In this document: positions 10,520 through 21,200 of the stretch, one piece after another | Numbering within the stretch: the stretch's first letter is position 1 | Layout of the letters: the number at the start of each line of letters is the position of its first letter | Source: Setoptus koraiensis | Taxonomy: Eukaryota > Animalia > Arthropoda | Assembly (NCBI GenBank): GCA_048013815.1 | Contig: CM106586.1 | Span: 2,046,001 to 2,110,000 of the forward strand | Direction: 5' to 3' | DNA: 64,000 nucleotides | Translations under genes and position numbers: made by a program | Notes under the pieces: generated by a model | Databases searched by the model: none | What the model was told of the DNA's origin: nothing | Seen by the model: the letters and a program-made list of their open reading frames with translations, nothing else

Positions 10520-11690
10520 ATTTCGAAGTTCGAATTGTGACCATCGAACTCCGACCATCGAACACTGACCATTGAACATCGAACGTGCAGATGAAACAAT
10601 CATCATGAATTCGAATTTTCAATTTCGAATTCGAATTCCGACATTCGAAATGTGACCACAGAACTTCGAACTGTTACCACCAAACTTCGAATTTTGACCA
10701 TCGAACTCTGTACAAGCACCTGGAACTGGTATCGGAAATTCGGGTTGTTGTAGCGATTAGGTCCCAGCGCCGATCATGATGAAACTTTCGGTACAGGTTC
10801 ATCTTGACCCAGAACCATTGGAAAAAGTGGTCTGGAAATGCGGAAACTTCCGGTTCCGGTTTTACCTAAAGTTGCTTCTAGAGAGTTAAAACTCACCAGA
10901 CTGACATTCTAGATGACGATTAACAGGATGACATAACTTTCAGCACTTTACCACTTCCTGTTCTCTGGTTATAGCGATATCTCTAGACTTGAGCGACCAG
11001 AAGTTGCCAAATTCATGCTTCGCTACACTCAGGGATGAGCCTGCAATTGTTCTTAGAACTCGACCTGCGGTCTCGTATTCTTGAGGCCGTCACATCTCCG
11101 TCGTCGCGACCGCAACGACTGCGTGCGACGGGAACCCTTCGGGTAGTGTTGATGAGCGCTTCGGGTATCGGGCTGCGCCCTCTACCTTCCGCTCACATGA
11201 CCGCAATCCAAACACAGCTGTAGGCGAGAAGAGTAGGTGAACCACCCAACAGAGAAAGAAGGGATTAAATGACTGAAACAGACGTGAATACAGAATGCAG
11301 CGAGTACGAGGCACAGGATAGGTCCGCTGACCGCAACCGCACAGGCCCGGCCTCACCCCAAAATTTGGTTTAACCTCTATATCTTATGAACCGGGAGTTA
11401 AAGCGGATTAATTCTGATCTCATCATGCTTCGCTAGGTGGCAACCATCTGATTCTGAAGTTTCGTGGCTCTATCTCAATATTTTAGCATCTCCGGAACCG
11501 GAAGTTTCCGCACTTCCGGACTGCTTAATTCATAGTATGGGGCCCCTGCGGGGCCTGTGTGTCAAGTTTCATGATGATCGGCGCTGGGACCTAGTCGCAA
11601 CAACACCCGAAATTCGATTTTTCAACCTCGAATCTCAAATTTCGAATTGTGACCACCGAATTCTGACCATCGAACTAAGAACACTGACCA
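10520..11690 (+). repeat. TTCGAA-rich minisatellite (repeat C), split by E3
   Basis: Many TTCGAA / GACCATCGAAC units at 10520-10742, resuming at 11609-11690. Confidence 0.75.
10743..11608 (-). mobile_element. Family E copy 3
   Basis: Perfect TSD GAAATTCG (10735-10742, 11609-11616); reverse complement of E1 architecture. Confidence 0.92.
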
Positions 11691-12127
11691 GTTACCTTCG
11701 GTGGGGCTACAAAATTGTGTACTTGCCCTCATTACCGGATACATGACGTCCGGTCTTGTAGTAACCGCCGTGTACATGAGGGAGCCCACAGCTTCTCGAA
11801 ACTTCACATCGGATCCGAGTGGACTATGAGACCCTAAATCTCCCTGCACATAGGCCACAGGGCAGTTGACGGGAGTACAATTCTCCATGTCGAACTTTTT
11901 CAAAATTTTGTTTATATATGATTTTTGATGCAAGAAAATCCCGTGTCCAACAGAGATATCAATCTGAAATCCTAAATAGGATGTTAACGGTACCTATCGT
12001 ATTTCAAACTCAGACATCAGTCTGTCCATGACATCTTCTATAGAGAATTTGTCACGTGCAATTAAAAGGCCGTCATCGACATAAATCGCCAATATTACCA
12101 TAGGGTCCTCCCTATAGAAGACACAAC

Positions 12128-12360
12128 GGGTATTCTATACAAGAGCGCCACACTCCGATTTCAATGAAACTTCACACACGGGGCCCGCAGGGCCTCGGAA
12201 CACTAACTTCGCTAGTCCGGAAGTGCGGAAACTTCCGGTTCCGGTTTTAGAAAAAATTTGAGATACAGACTCGAAATTCGGTACACAGCCTGATCAGAGC
12301 ATATGCAACATACTGACGCCAATTTCAGATCTGAACAACTTCTGGTTCTCATAATATTGT
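12128..12360 (+). mobile_element. One-ended (left arm only) family E-like copy inside copia C RT
   Basis: GGGTATTCTATACAAGAGCGCCACACTCCGATT...GAAACTTCACACACGGG, GGCCC-GCA-GGGCC hairpin, CCGGAAGTGCGGAAACTTCCGG box; no right end found. Confidence 0.75.
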
Positions 12361-12645
12361 CAATTGAAAAGGCATTCGCAGCGAGAAAACTGCAGCCCTG
12401 TCAGAAGCTGTACTTGCGCAATTGGTCGGAATTACGTTGATTGATGAACTGTCAGATCTGACAACTGCGCAATCGATGGGATGCTCCCAGTTCGCAATCA
12501 TCTGATCATCTCTTCTGTTTTCATCTTTTTGGCTGCTGCAAAAGCGAAGAGGGCTCTTATTGTTGGCATACTGGCCACAGGAGCGTAGGTTTTGGTGTAA
12601 TCGAAGCCGTAAACCTGACTGAAGCCCCGAGCCACACGACGGGCC

Positions 12646-12855
12646 GGGTGTTCTTCGGAACACGTACCAAGCCCGATTTCCTTCAAACTCCACAAAGGGG
12701 CCCCGAAGGGGCCCCAAAGAACGTTATTGATGGTCCGGAAGTGCGGAAATTCCTACTTCCGGAAATATAGAAAAATGCATTTTTCGGGCCTCAGAGGAGT
12801 CTCAGACCTGAAATTTTCGCATGTCTGTATAGATCTCGATAGGAGCATTGTGATT
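12646..12855 (+). mobile_element. One-ended (left ~210 bp) family B copy 3 inside copia C RT
   Basis: Near-identical to B1 2504-2713; copia RT peptides flank both sides with roughly 25-30 codons missing. Confidence 0.85.
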
Positions 12856-13058
12856 TTTGTTTTCTGGAGCGTCGACTATTTTCCAAACTCCATTCTTGTG
12901 CATTGAGGACATCTCCCCGTCTATGGCAACGACCCACTTGTCATAGTCGGGTCTTTGTACTACTTCTTCGTAAGATTCTGGATCACCGAGAGACGCTGCC
13001 GTGGCCATTAACTGGTGAATATTTTCCACCAAATTTGTCGTTAAAGATTCATTATCTC

Positions 13059-13881
13059 GGGTGTTGTAGCGATCAGGTCCCCACTCGGATTTCGAAGAAA
13101 CTTCACACAATGGCCACGTAGGGGCCCCATACTATGAATTTAGTATTCCGGATGCCAGGAAACTTCCGTTTCCGGAGATACAAAAATATCGAGATTGAGC
13201 TCCCAAATTTCAGAAGATGATAGGAGACACCTAGCGGAGCATAATTGCATCAAAATCAATTTTCTCTAACTTCCGGTTCGATAGATAAAGAGGTTCAAGT
13301 TGATCCGAGGTTGTGGCCGGGTCTGTGCGGTCGCGTTCAGCGGACTCATCCTGTGCCACGTATGCGCAGCACCATGCATTATCGTATTCTTCTGCCATTC
13401 CAAACATCTGTGTCTGGATTGCAGTCATGTGAGCGGAGGGTAGAGGGCGCAGCCCGATACCCGAAGCGCTCATCAACCCTACCCGAAGGGTTCCCGTCGC
13501 ACGTAGTCGTCGCGGGAGCGACGGCGGAGATGTGACGACCTCCAAATTACGAGGCCACAGGCCGAGATCTCAGACCTATCGCAGGTTCAGACCCGAGTGT
13601 AGCGAAGCTGAAATTCGTCAACTTCCGGTCTTCTAAACCTATAAATATGCCGATATTTCGGAAACCGGAAGTCGCAAAGAGCTGAAAAGTATGCCATCGT
13701 GTTCAGCGTTCTCTAAAACCTGGTCTGGTGAGCTTCAGATCTCTAGCTTCAACTTTATCTCAAACCGGAACCGGAAGTTTCCTGGCTTTCGGACTGATTT
13801 TTCCGTCTTATTTGGGTCAAGATAAACCTATACCGGAAGTTTCATCGGAATCTGGGTGGGGACCTAATCGCTACAACAACC
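13059..13881 (+). mobile_element. Family E copy 4, inserted in copia C
   Basis: Perfect TSD ATTATCTC (13051-13058, 13882-13889); removal restores ...QMRDN-ESLTTNL... in frame. Confidence 0.93.
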
Positions 13882-14969
13882 ATTATCTCTCATCTGAACA
13901 TTTCCGTCAGCACTCTGACTTATCGTTTTATGGATACACGGTTGTGAAATCGTTAATGGTCTATCTACTTGCTTAGACTTGAACGGACCGAACTTGCCAA
14001 GATTAAATTTAAGCAGACCTGACAGTTTCTTCTGTGGAGACCTTTCTTCAACAACAGACTCATCTGAACAGGACATTGTAGATGTCTCAAACACGGGTGC
14101 AGATTGTATCATATTTTGAGGTTCATTGTATCTAACTGTGTTGTTTAATTCTGAACTGTCACTCGAATTTGATTGATTTTCAATGAGCGAACTAGATTCT
14201 TGACTATCTTCTAGAAAATTACTGTTGATGTTAATTCCTTCATTGTCTTCACGATTCACCGAATTTGCTGAAGCTCGAGCTTCGAACTTATTCTTATAGC
14301 TTTGATTATAAACCACTGCCGATTCACCAAAAATTCTCAAGTTCGATACGTCTGGTTTCTTGTTGAACCATAGTTCGAATGGCGTCTTCAATTTGTTGCT
14401 ACTATTTGGTGTACGATTCAACACGTACAAGCTTGTTGCGACTGCCTCGTCCCATCATGATTTTGGGAGATTAGAGGCAATCAACAAAGTGCGAGCACAC
14501 TCGATGACCGTTCTAATGTCTCTTTCAATGTATCCATTCTGTTGATGGATGTAAGGCAATGACTTATGGTGAAGGATACCTTTGTCCAGTAAAAAATCTG
14601 ATAGACTTTTATTAACAAATTCTGTACCATTATTCGTGTTAATCTGGAGAACTGTATTACCAGTGGCGAGTTTAGCTTCAGATACCATTAGCTTTACTTG
14701 ATTGCCAAATTCAGATTTGGTTGAAACATATGCTCCCATTCTAAAGCCTGACATTTCGTCCTTACACAATGATAGATACATATTACCATTTACACTTGGA
14801 CTGCTAGTTACGATGACTGTGTCAAGATGTAAAACTTGGCCTGGTTTCTCTGCACGACTAAGATTCCTAGATGGATTCCTCTTACCAAGTGCACAGTCTG
14901 GACAACTATTAGTTTGAACATTTTCGATTTTAAGGCCGTCGACTACATTCATTTTTGCCATGTCTTGTA

Positions 14970-15222
14970 CCGTGTGGCAATTTGCCAATAGCTTGAGCTG
15001 TAGTTCAAGGAAAAACCGCTCGAGGTCGCTTTTTGTACACGCATTTTTCGCGCTTGAGATCGAATGAGCAATCGAAAAACAAATCAACAAGAAAAAAAGA
15101 AGAAAAAACGAAACATTTATCGAGACACTTCAAGCTTTTTAATGCATTTTTCGGCTGATGCGAGCGCCCCTCGCGTCTTTCTATTGAACTACAGCTCAAG
15201 CTATTGGCAAATTGCCACACGG
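14970..15222. mobile_element. 253-bp MITE, Tc1/mariner/pogo-type (TA TSD)
   Basis: Perfect ~39-bp TIR CCGTGTGGCAATTTGCCAATAGCTTGAGCTGTAGTTCAA, TA on both sides; removal restores AHVSVNTIQDMAK in copia C. Confidence 0.92.
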
Positions 15223-16512
15223 TATAGTATTAACTGATACATGAGCAAATCTTTTGTGCCAGTTTGAAATCGTTGTTGCCAGCATGGCAACAGGTCTACT
15301 TGGAACGACTATTTTCAAGTCAAGCATATAGACCCCATCCTTCAGTATTCCACGTAACACGGTATTTTGCTTTTTCATCAACTTCACATCATCTTTACTG
15401 TACTTAACTTCTATATCCTGCTGAGTTGCTGAACGTATCGAAAATAGGTTGGTAACCAACTTTGGGACATGATACACATTTTCTATAATACCAGCAGTTG
15501 ACATTATTCTACCTTGACCAATTGCAGACATACATGCGCCATTACCTAAACGTATTTCCAACTCCTTCTCAAAAGGTTTATACACTGTGAACCAGTGGAG
15601 GTTTGGTGTCATGTGATTGCTACAACCACTATCTGCAACCCAAACTTCTTTGGTTAATTCTGTTGACGTAGCTACTGCCATAAACGATACAGGGCTTCCT
15701 CCAGTACTTGGCCCCTGACCATCCATCTTCTTGTTTTTGAGTTTGTAGCAATCTCGAATAATATGGCCTGGCTTTTTACAGTAAAAACAAGATCTTACTG
15801 AACTTCCAGGTTGCCCTGATGCAGTAGCAACCAAAGCTATCGGCTCTGTTTCCTTTTTAAGTGTTCGTGAATGTGCTATCACGTTAGCAATTAAATGATT
15901 CAATGTTCGTTCCGTTGGAGTCAATAACTTGAAGGCAACTACAAAACTAACAAAACCACTTGGTAGAGCGTTCATTATGATGCTTATTAGGGCATCATCT
16001 GAGACCTGTTCTCCCAGTAACTTCAATTTGCTTGCTATTGTCTGTATCTCCATGAGAGATTTAGCTGCATCTATTGTTTTATCAATTCTATACGAGTGCA
16101 ACTTGCTGAGTAACTCTTGCTTTTCATACGTGGTTTTGTTTTCAAAAATTATTTCTAAACGCTTCCATACATCGTAGGCATTATCACATCCCACCACTAA
16201 GGCCATGTTATCCTCACTTAAAGCAGACCCTATAAGCGCTAGCGCTTGTCGATTTGCAACAACATCATCCACTCGCTCTGTTACTGCATCATAGATGAAT
16301 TTTGCCTTCAATATATTTTCAAGTTGCCACTTCCAAGTTACATAATTATCTTCCCTAAGTTTGTCGATTTTGAAGTCACATTTTAAATCACTCGAATGTC
16401 GACCGGCTAAGACATTCTGAAGAGGTGCATCTTCTTCTTCTGAATCTTGCAAATTTAACTGATCCATCTTGATAATCACTAATCAAACCTTTTAATTTCT
16501 ATGTAAGGTACG

Positions 16513-16527
16513 CCACTTCTGACACCA
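16513..16527 (-). promoter_or_regulatory. Primer-binding site of copia C, complementary to a tRNA-Leu 3' end
   Basis: Minus strand TGGTGTCAGAAGTGG just upstream of gag; matches the ...CCACTTCTGACACCA 3' end typical of eukaryotic tRNA-Leu. Confidence 0.75.
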
Positions 16528-16690
16528 CGTTTTATAATGTACCAACTTCATCTGTAGTTTATGATTACTTTATTCAATCTAACTTAATCACTGTGCAACC
16601 ATCCCTTTTATAGTGGTGGCACAGTACAGTACAACAATGACAATTACATTATGTAACATAATCTGACACAGATGGATAGATATGATTACA
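16528..16690 (-). repeat. Probable short 5' LTR of copia C
   Basis: Minus strand begins TGTAATCATA, contains TATAAAAGGG and AATAAA, abuts the PBS; ends AAACG rather than canonical CA. Confidence 0.55.
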
Positions 16691-16872
16691 ATTACTGATG
16701 TAAAGAACACAGTTTGATGAGTCAGTCAACACTCACACATATGTATCCATCCTGTGCGCGACTATAAAAGGCGCGCACATTATTAAATAAAACCAGACTT
16801 TTTACATCGAACACTTACAGTATGTATGTATATGCATTGGTATCATTGTGACCAATGATTCTTCGGAATCTT

Positions 16873-17059
16873 CATTATGGTGACTCTGGATAACTAATGG
16901 CGTAAAAACTATGAAGCTGACCCTATGCCCGAGGTGGCAACACTTCATAGCGACGAGGGCAAATCATTCGAGTGTCTGCTCTATCATTTGTCGATGGTAG
17001 GTTATATGCCTACCATGGTGGTAACGGGTAACGGGGAGTTAGGGCTCAACTCCGGAGAG
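16873..17059 (+). rRNA. 18S: Isolated 18S rRNA fragment (V2 to start of V3), non-functional
   Basis: TTATGGTGACTCTGGATAACT, AATCATTCGAGTGTCTG, GATGGTAGG...CCTACCATGGTGGTAACGGGTAACGGGG...CTCCGGAGAG are conserved SSU rRNA segments; similarity stops abruptly at ~17059. Confidence 0.88.
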
Positions 17060-18286
17060 CAAGGGTGAGTGTGATCGATTTATTGAAGATTTGGTCTACT
17101 GTGAATGATGCCCGTCAGAAAAGCTCAAATTCGCAAAGAAAAAAAAATGTAAAAATTTCAACTTCTTAACCCGAACCCCCCCTTAACAAGATTTGCGAAT
17201 CGAGGCAATGGTGGTTTCTATCATAGGATGTAAAATTTTTTAATGGTTTTAGATTGGTTGATGTTAGAACCACGAAAAGATTATTTGCTGAAAATCTGAA
17301 TATCAGCCTCTTTTTCATGTTCTATTATACAGTAGCGATGGCCTTAAAAAATTAGATGATAAAAAAAATTCGTGTCATTATTGCAAAAAAAATGGGCTCA
17401 AGAATAGCGTATTCTTTCAGCTGTCGATCTGGGGAGTTCAGAAAAGCTATAGTTGAGTCAATTTTAGGGTCACACTAAAGAGGTTTACCTTGTAAGCTGC
17501 AATGAAAATCTACCACAATTTGAACTGTAGGAATTCCGTGAAAAACAACCAATGTGTTATCTGTGTTGGCGTTTATCTTCTACCATATCTACTGTGCAAT
17601 TCGAACGGATTTTCCCTGAACTACGGCTTGAGGTATCGGCAGATTTCCACCCAGTACAGGGCCCATGTCCAATATTGAGCAGCAGCCCAATACACATGGG
17701 TGGCGATTAGGTCGCTACTCGCGAATAATAGCGCACAGCGACGTCGCTATATACCTTGTGTGCGGTCTCTCTCTCTTCCTCTCTCACCTCCATTGTTGTT
17801 GTTGTTGAACGAATCTACGTGACTGGGCGATGGGGGCGGCAATGAGAAGGGGAAAGCACATTCATCACATACGCTCAAACCTAAGCGGTAACATCTGGGT
17901 AAATCGTACGTGGTTGCAAAAAAAAGGAAGCCATCAACAGAGACAACCACCATGTAGACGATTTGCGCTATAGAATAGGTTATGCCATATATGTGGTGGT
18001 GATATTATTGACAGAATAATAGCGGACATAGAAATCAGGAAGGAGGTTCGCTTATACTATTGGACAGTATATTGGAAGAAGCATCCAGAGCGAGGAACTG
18101 CGTCGAATTGAGTTTGTTCTTGGAACATTGATTGAAATAATCTAGTCAAGTAAAACAATAAATACCATAAATTAGTAGGAGAAGCACAAGGATACTCAAT
18201 TGGCGAACTGTAATAGTTTGAACTATTTCCAATCTATGACAAGAACTATATCAAGATTCGAACAAAAGCAAGCATAGTCAATCACC

Positions 18287-21200
18287 ATGAACGAACGTAT
18301 ATTTTCTATTGGACAAAAATCACTTGTAAGCAATATGAGTTACAATATAATATTATTGTTTTTGTTTATTATTATTATATTCTCATTGTCCTTCTTTAGT
18401 GAATTGTCGTTTGCGACGTTTGTCAATACTAGCACAAACAACAGATTGCTCGATGCTGAGTCCAATAGCACCATTGGAATCTGCAACGAGCAAGATTTTA
18501 GCTTTACTTTCACCGAATGCGATCAATATGGGGGACGTTGGCGAGTTCTCGTGCCTAAATACGGCTATGATGCCACACATTTCAATTGTTCTCTAGACGA
18601 TTTAAAAAAGAATAAATCCATAGCAGCCGAGTTGACACAGCCTGTTAGAGTGGAAAATTGCTTCACTTTATGCGAACCGGGCTCATTTTATAATAAAAGG
18701 AGCCTCAATTGTGAACCATGCCAGCAAGGCTATTACAGTTTGGGAGATGGGCGCAAATATTCTGCCTTCAGCCAAGCGATGATTGATAAAAATTTTCGCA
18801 TATTCAATGAGACATTGTACAATCCTAGCGCTAGCCCCGATGATAACAGCGACAATAGTGATGAAAAACATTCAGAGAACACTGAAGAATATTCAAGTAA
18901 TAGATTGGAGGCAAATCCTTGGCGTTCATCGCTTAGGTCACAAGACAAAGATAATGCAGGCAAGAGACTGCCATGTCCATCATGGAAAGTCGACGAGAAT
19001 GATAAAATACTCAAACTAGATATTGAGTCTGGTGTGTTGTTTGAAGGGCACGGTTGTGCTAGTTCAGTGGCAATGAACGTTAAAATAGTGAAAAAAGGCC
19101 AGATAAGATACACTTATCAGTACGATGACGCCTCATCCAATGTTGTGTTTGTGTTTCATCATAAGAACTATGAAAGTGTTTCATCAGGTACAGCGTCTCA
19201 ATCACCAAACAGCAAACATACAGCATATTCTGCTAGTACACAATACAAATCAAATGATTTATTAGTGCCTCAAGATTTGTCATTCCCGGAGCACACGTCA
19301 CAACAACGTTCCTGGAAAACCGATATAATAGATATAGAGCAGCCGGGCTACTATATATTTGTTTGGCGTGTCAGTTTATTGAATCAATTATGGTTTTCGC
19401 CCCGCCAACAGCAGCAAGCTAGCACCATTGGTGCCACAACAACTTCCGCTTATGATAGTGGATCATTGAAGTCTACCAACGCACATATTGCGATTAAATC
19501 AATTGAGATACACGGCATAGAATACACTTCGGGTTGTTCAATGTGCGAACCGGGAACATTCACAAATGTTACAGGTGCCCAAGTGTGTACACCATGCCCA
19601 ATTAATACTGCTAATAATTTGTCCGGCCAAAGACGATGTAAACAATGTGATAATGAGCTAGAATTTGCCCAAATTGGCTTCAATAGATGCTTGGCAAGAC
19701 CAAAATGTGGCCCAAACGATTATTATCGTTCGGTTGGTATATGTAAGAACAACAAACGACTGATTAGCTATGTTTGGTTTGAGCCAAAGATTTGCACTGG
19801 AGGCGAACAGTTGCCAGTTGAACAGGAAGAGAACTGTCGAAAATTTTATGATAATAGTGGCAAAAAAAACAGGACACGGCATATAGATAAGTTAATCAGT
19901 GATATAAAGTTGAAGAAAGGAGCTGAATTCTCTGGCTATCAATTATGGAATAGAAATTTGGTTTGCAATCCAGGCATGGGAATGACAGTTGATGGGCCAC
20001 ATCAACATCCTACAATGGGTACAATAATGGCAAAAATCACCACTATTTTGGAACTAAAACAAGGCGATACATACGCCATTGATTCAATTCAGAACTTTTG
20101 CAAATATTGTCCCATTGGCACGTATAATGATGGCCATGATATGAACTGTCAGATTTGTCCAGCTTGGCTAGTTCCACAATTTGAATTTAGTCTAATGTTG
20201 TGGTCGCAAAATAGCACAATTATAAGTAATTATATCACTACACAATCCATCGGTAATGGTGATGCCTCGAACTATGAAGATCCTAGCCGCTCCTCCTGGA
20301 TTATATCGCCAGAGGGTGACACATATGTGAGAACATCCCCCAGTTCTCTATTGGGTACCTATTCCGTTTTGAATCTGATTATGCCTGGCTTCAGAACTGT
20401 CCGAGGCGGCAATGTGAGCTTCGCTTTTGAGATATTTTGCGACCAAGGCGACGAATGCCAATTGTTTTATTTGGTATCATTAGGCAATCAGCAAGCGTAT
20501 TTAATACAAGATTGGTCCAGTTCCACTGAGGGCACGGAAATATTTTCGCACGAGATAGGATTTAATACAAGTTTCACTAGTAGTTGGGCATTCAGAAGAC
20601 GCTCAAGTTACCAATCGTACGCACGAGTTTATTCTTTGAATGTGACGAATTCCATTATTGGTGGCGCTGTTAGTTGTAGCGCTTGCACGACAGTTCGAAC
20701 GGTGATTGATGGCCAAAACTCATGCCTATCCTGTCCTGTTGGACAATATTTAAATATCGGACTGAACGTGAGCGAAAATGAATACAAGCAACAACAATTA
20801 TTTACTAGTGCCACTACTGGCTGCGAAAGATGTCCGGCCGGTACTACTGGCAATCGTGAGGTTACCAACAGAATTGGTATAGAGCAATCGTGCAAAAAGT
20901 GTGGTCCGCAATTGGTTTCTAGCGAGGACAGATTACATTGTTACAGTGATTGCAGATTTATGTTGGCTGGACATTGGTACAATATTACGGGCAAACATTT
21001 GGAAAACATTGATGCAACGACAGACGAGGATGACATAATCAGCCATAGTAATGCCGATGACCACAATGATGTTATCACAATGAAGACGAGCAAACTTTTT
21101 GCCTCAAACGGACACGAGTATTATCATGTTTATAAGCTGTCATTGTGCGGCCTAGAGGCAAAAGCAAACTGCATCGACAATCTGAATACCTCGAATGATC

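Larger units (their letters stand above)
11700..16690 (-). mobile_element. Ty1/copia element C: 5' LTR, PBS, gag-protease-integrase-RT, 3'-truncated, interrupted by four insertions, defective
   Basis: Zinc knuckle CFYCKKPGHIIRDC, protease WVADSGCSNHM, WHKRFAHVS, integrase LHLD / TNNGTEF / QQNGYIER, RT KNGVW, ARRVARGFSQ, IYVDDG, REAVGSLMY. The frame is restored across the MITE and E4. Premature TGA at 14455. Confidence 0.93.

Noticed and set aside
2400-11700. One large inverted duplication (B1/D/E1 mirrored by B2/D/E3)
   Set aside because: Insertion sites and TSDs differ, B1 and B2 have different TIR cores, and repeat C is in direct orientation.
12360-12520. GITLIDELSDL as a helicase Walker B or hAT catalytic motif
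   Set aside because: Too short and flanked by stops; cannot be distinguished from chance.
2447-13976. Recurrent short ORFs inside E and B copies (e.g. 4118-4348, 6009-6329, 11035-11223, 13231-13545)
   Set aside because: Starts, stops and frames are not conserved among copies; they reflect GC-rich repeat sequence.
2400-14000. CRISPR-like or integron-like array of repeats alternating with captured TE 'spacers'
   Set aside because: Each repeat has its own TSD and the flanks rejoin in frame (gypsy integrase, copia, orphan ORF), so these are insertions into pre-existing sequence, not spacers between repeats.
16699-16819. Solo LTR on the plus strand (TGTAA...TTACA with TATAAAAGG and AATAAA)
   Set aside because: No matching TSD and no second copy in the window; left unassigned.
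17329-17720. Possible MITE from AGTAGCGA / TCGCTACT inverted match
   Set aside because: Only ~8 bp, no TSD, no other copy.
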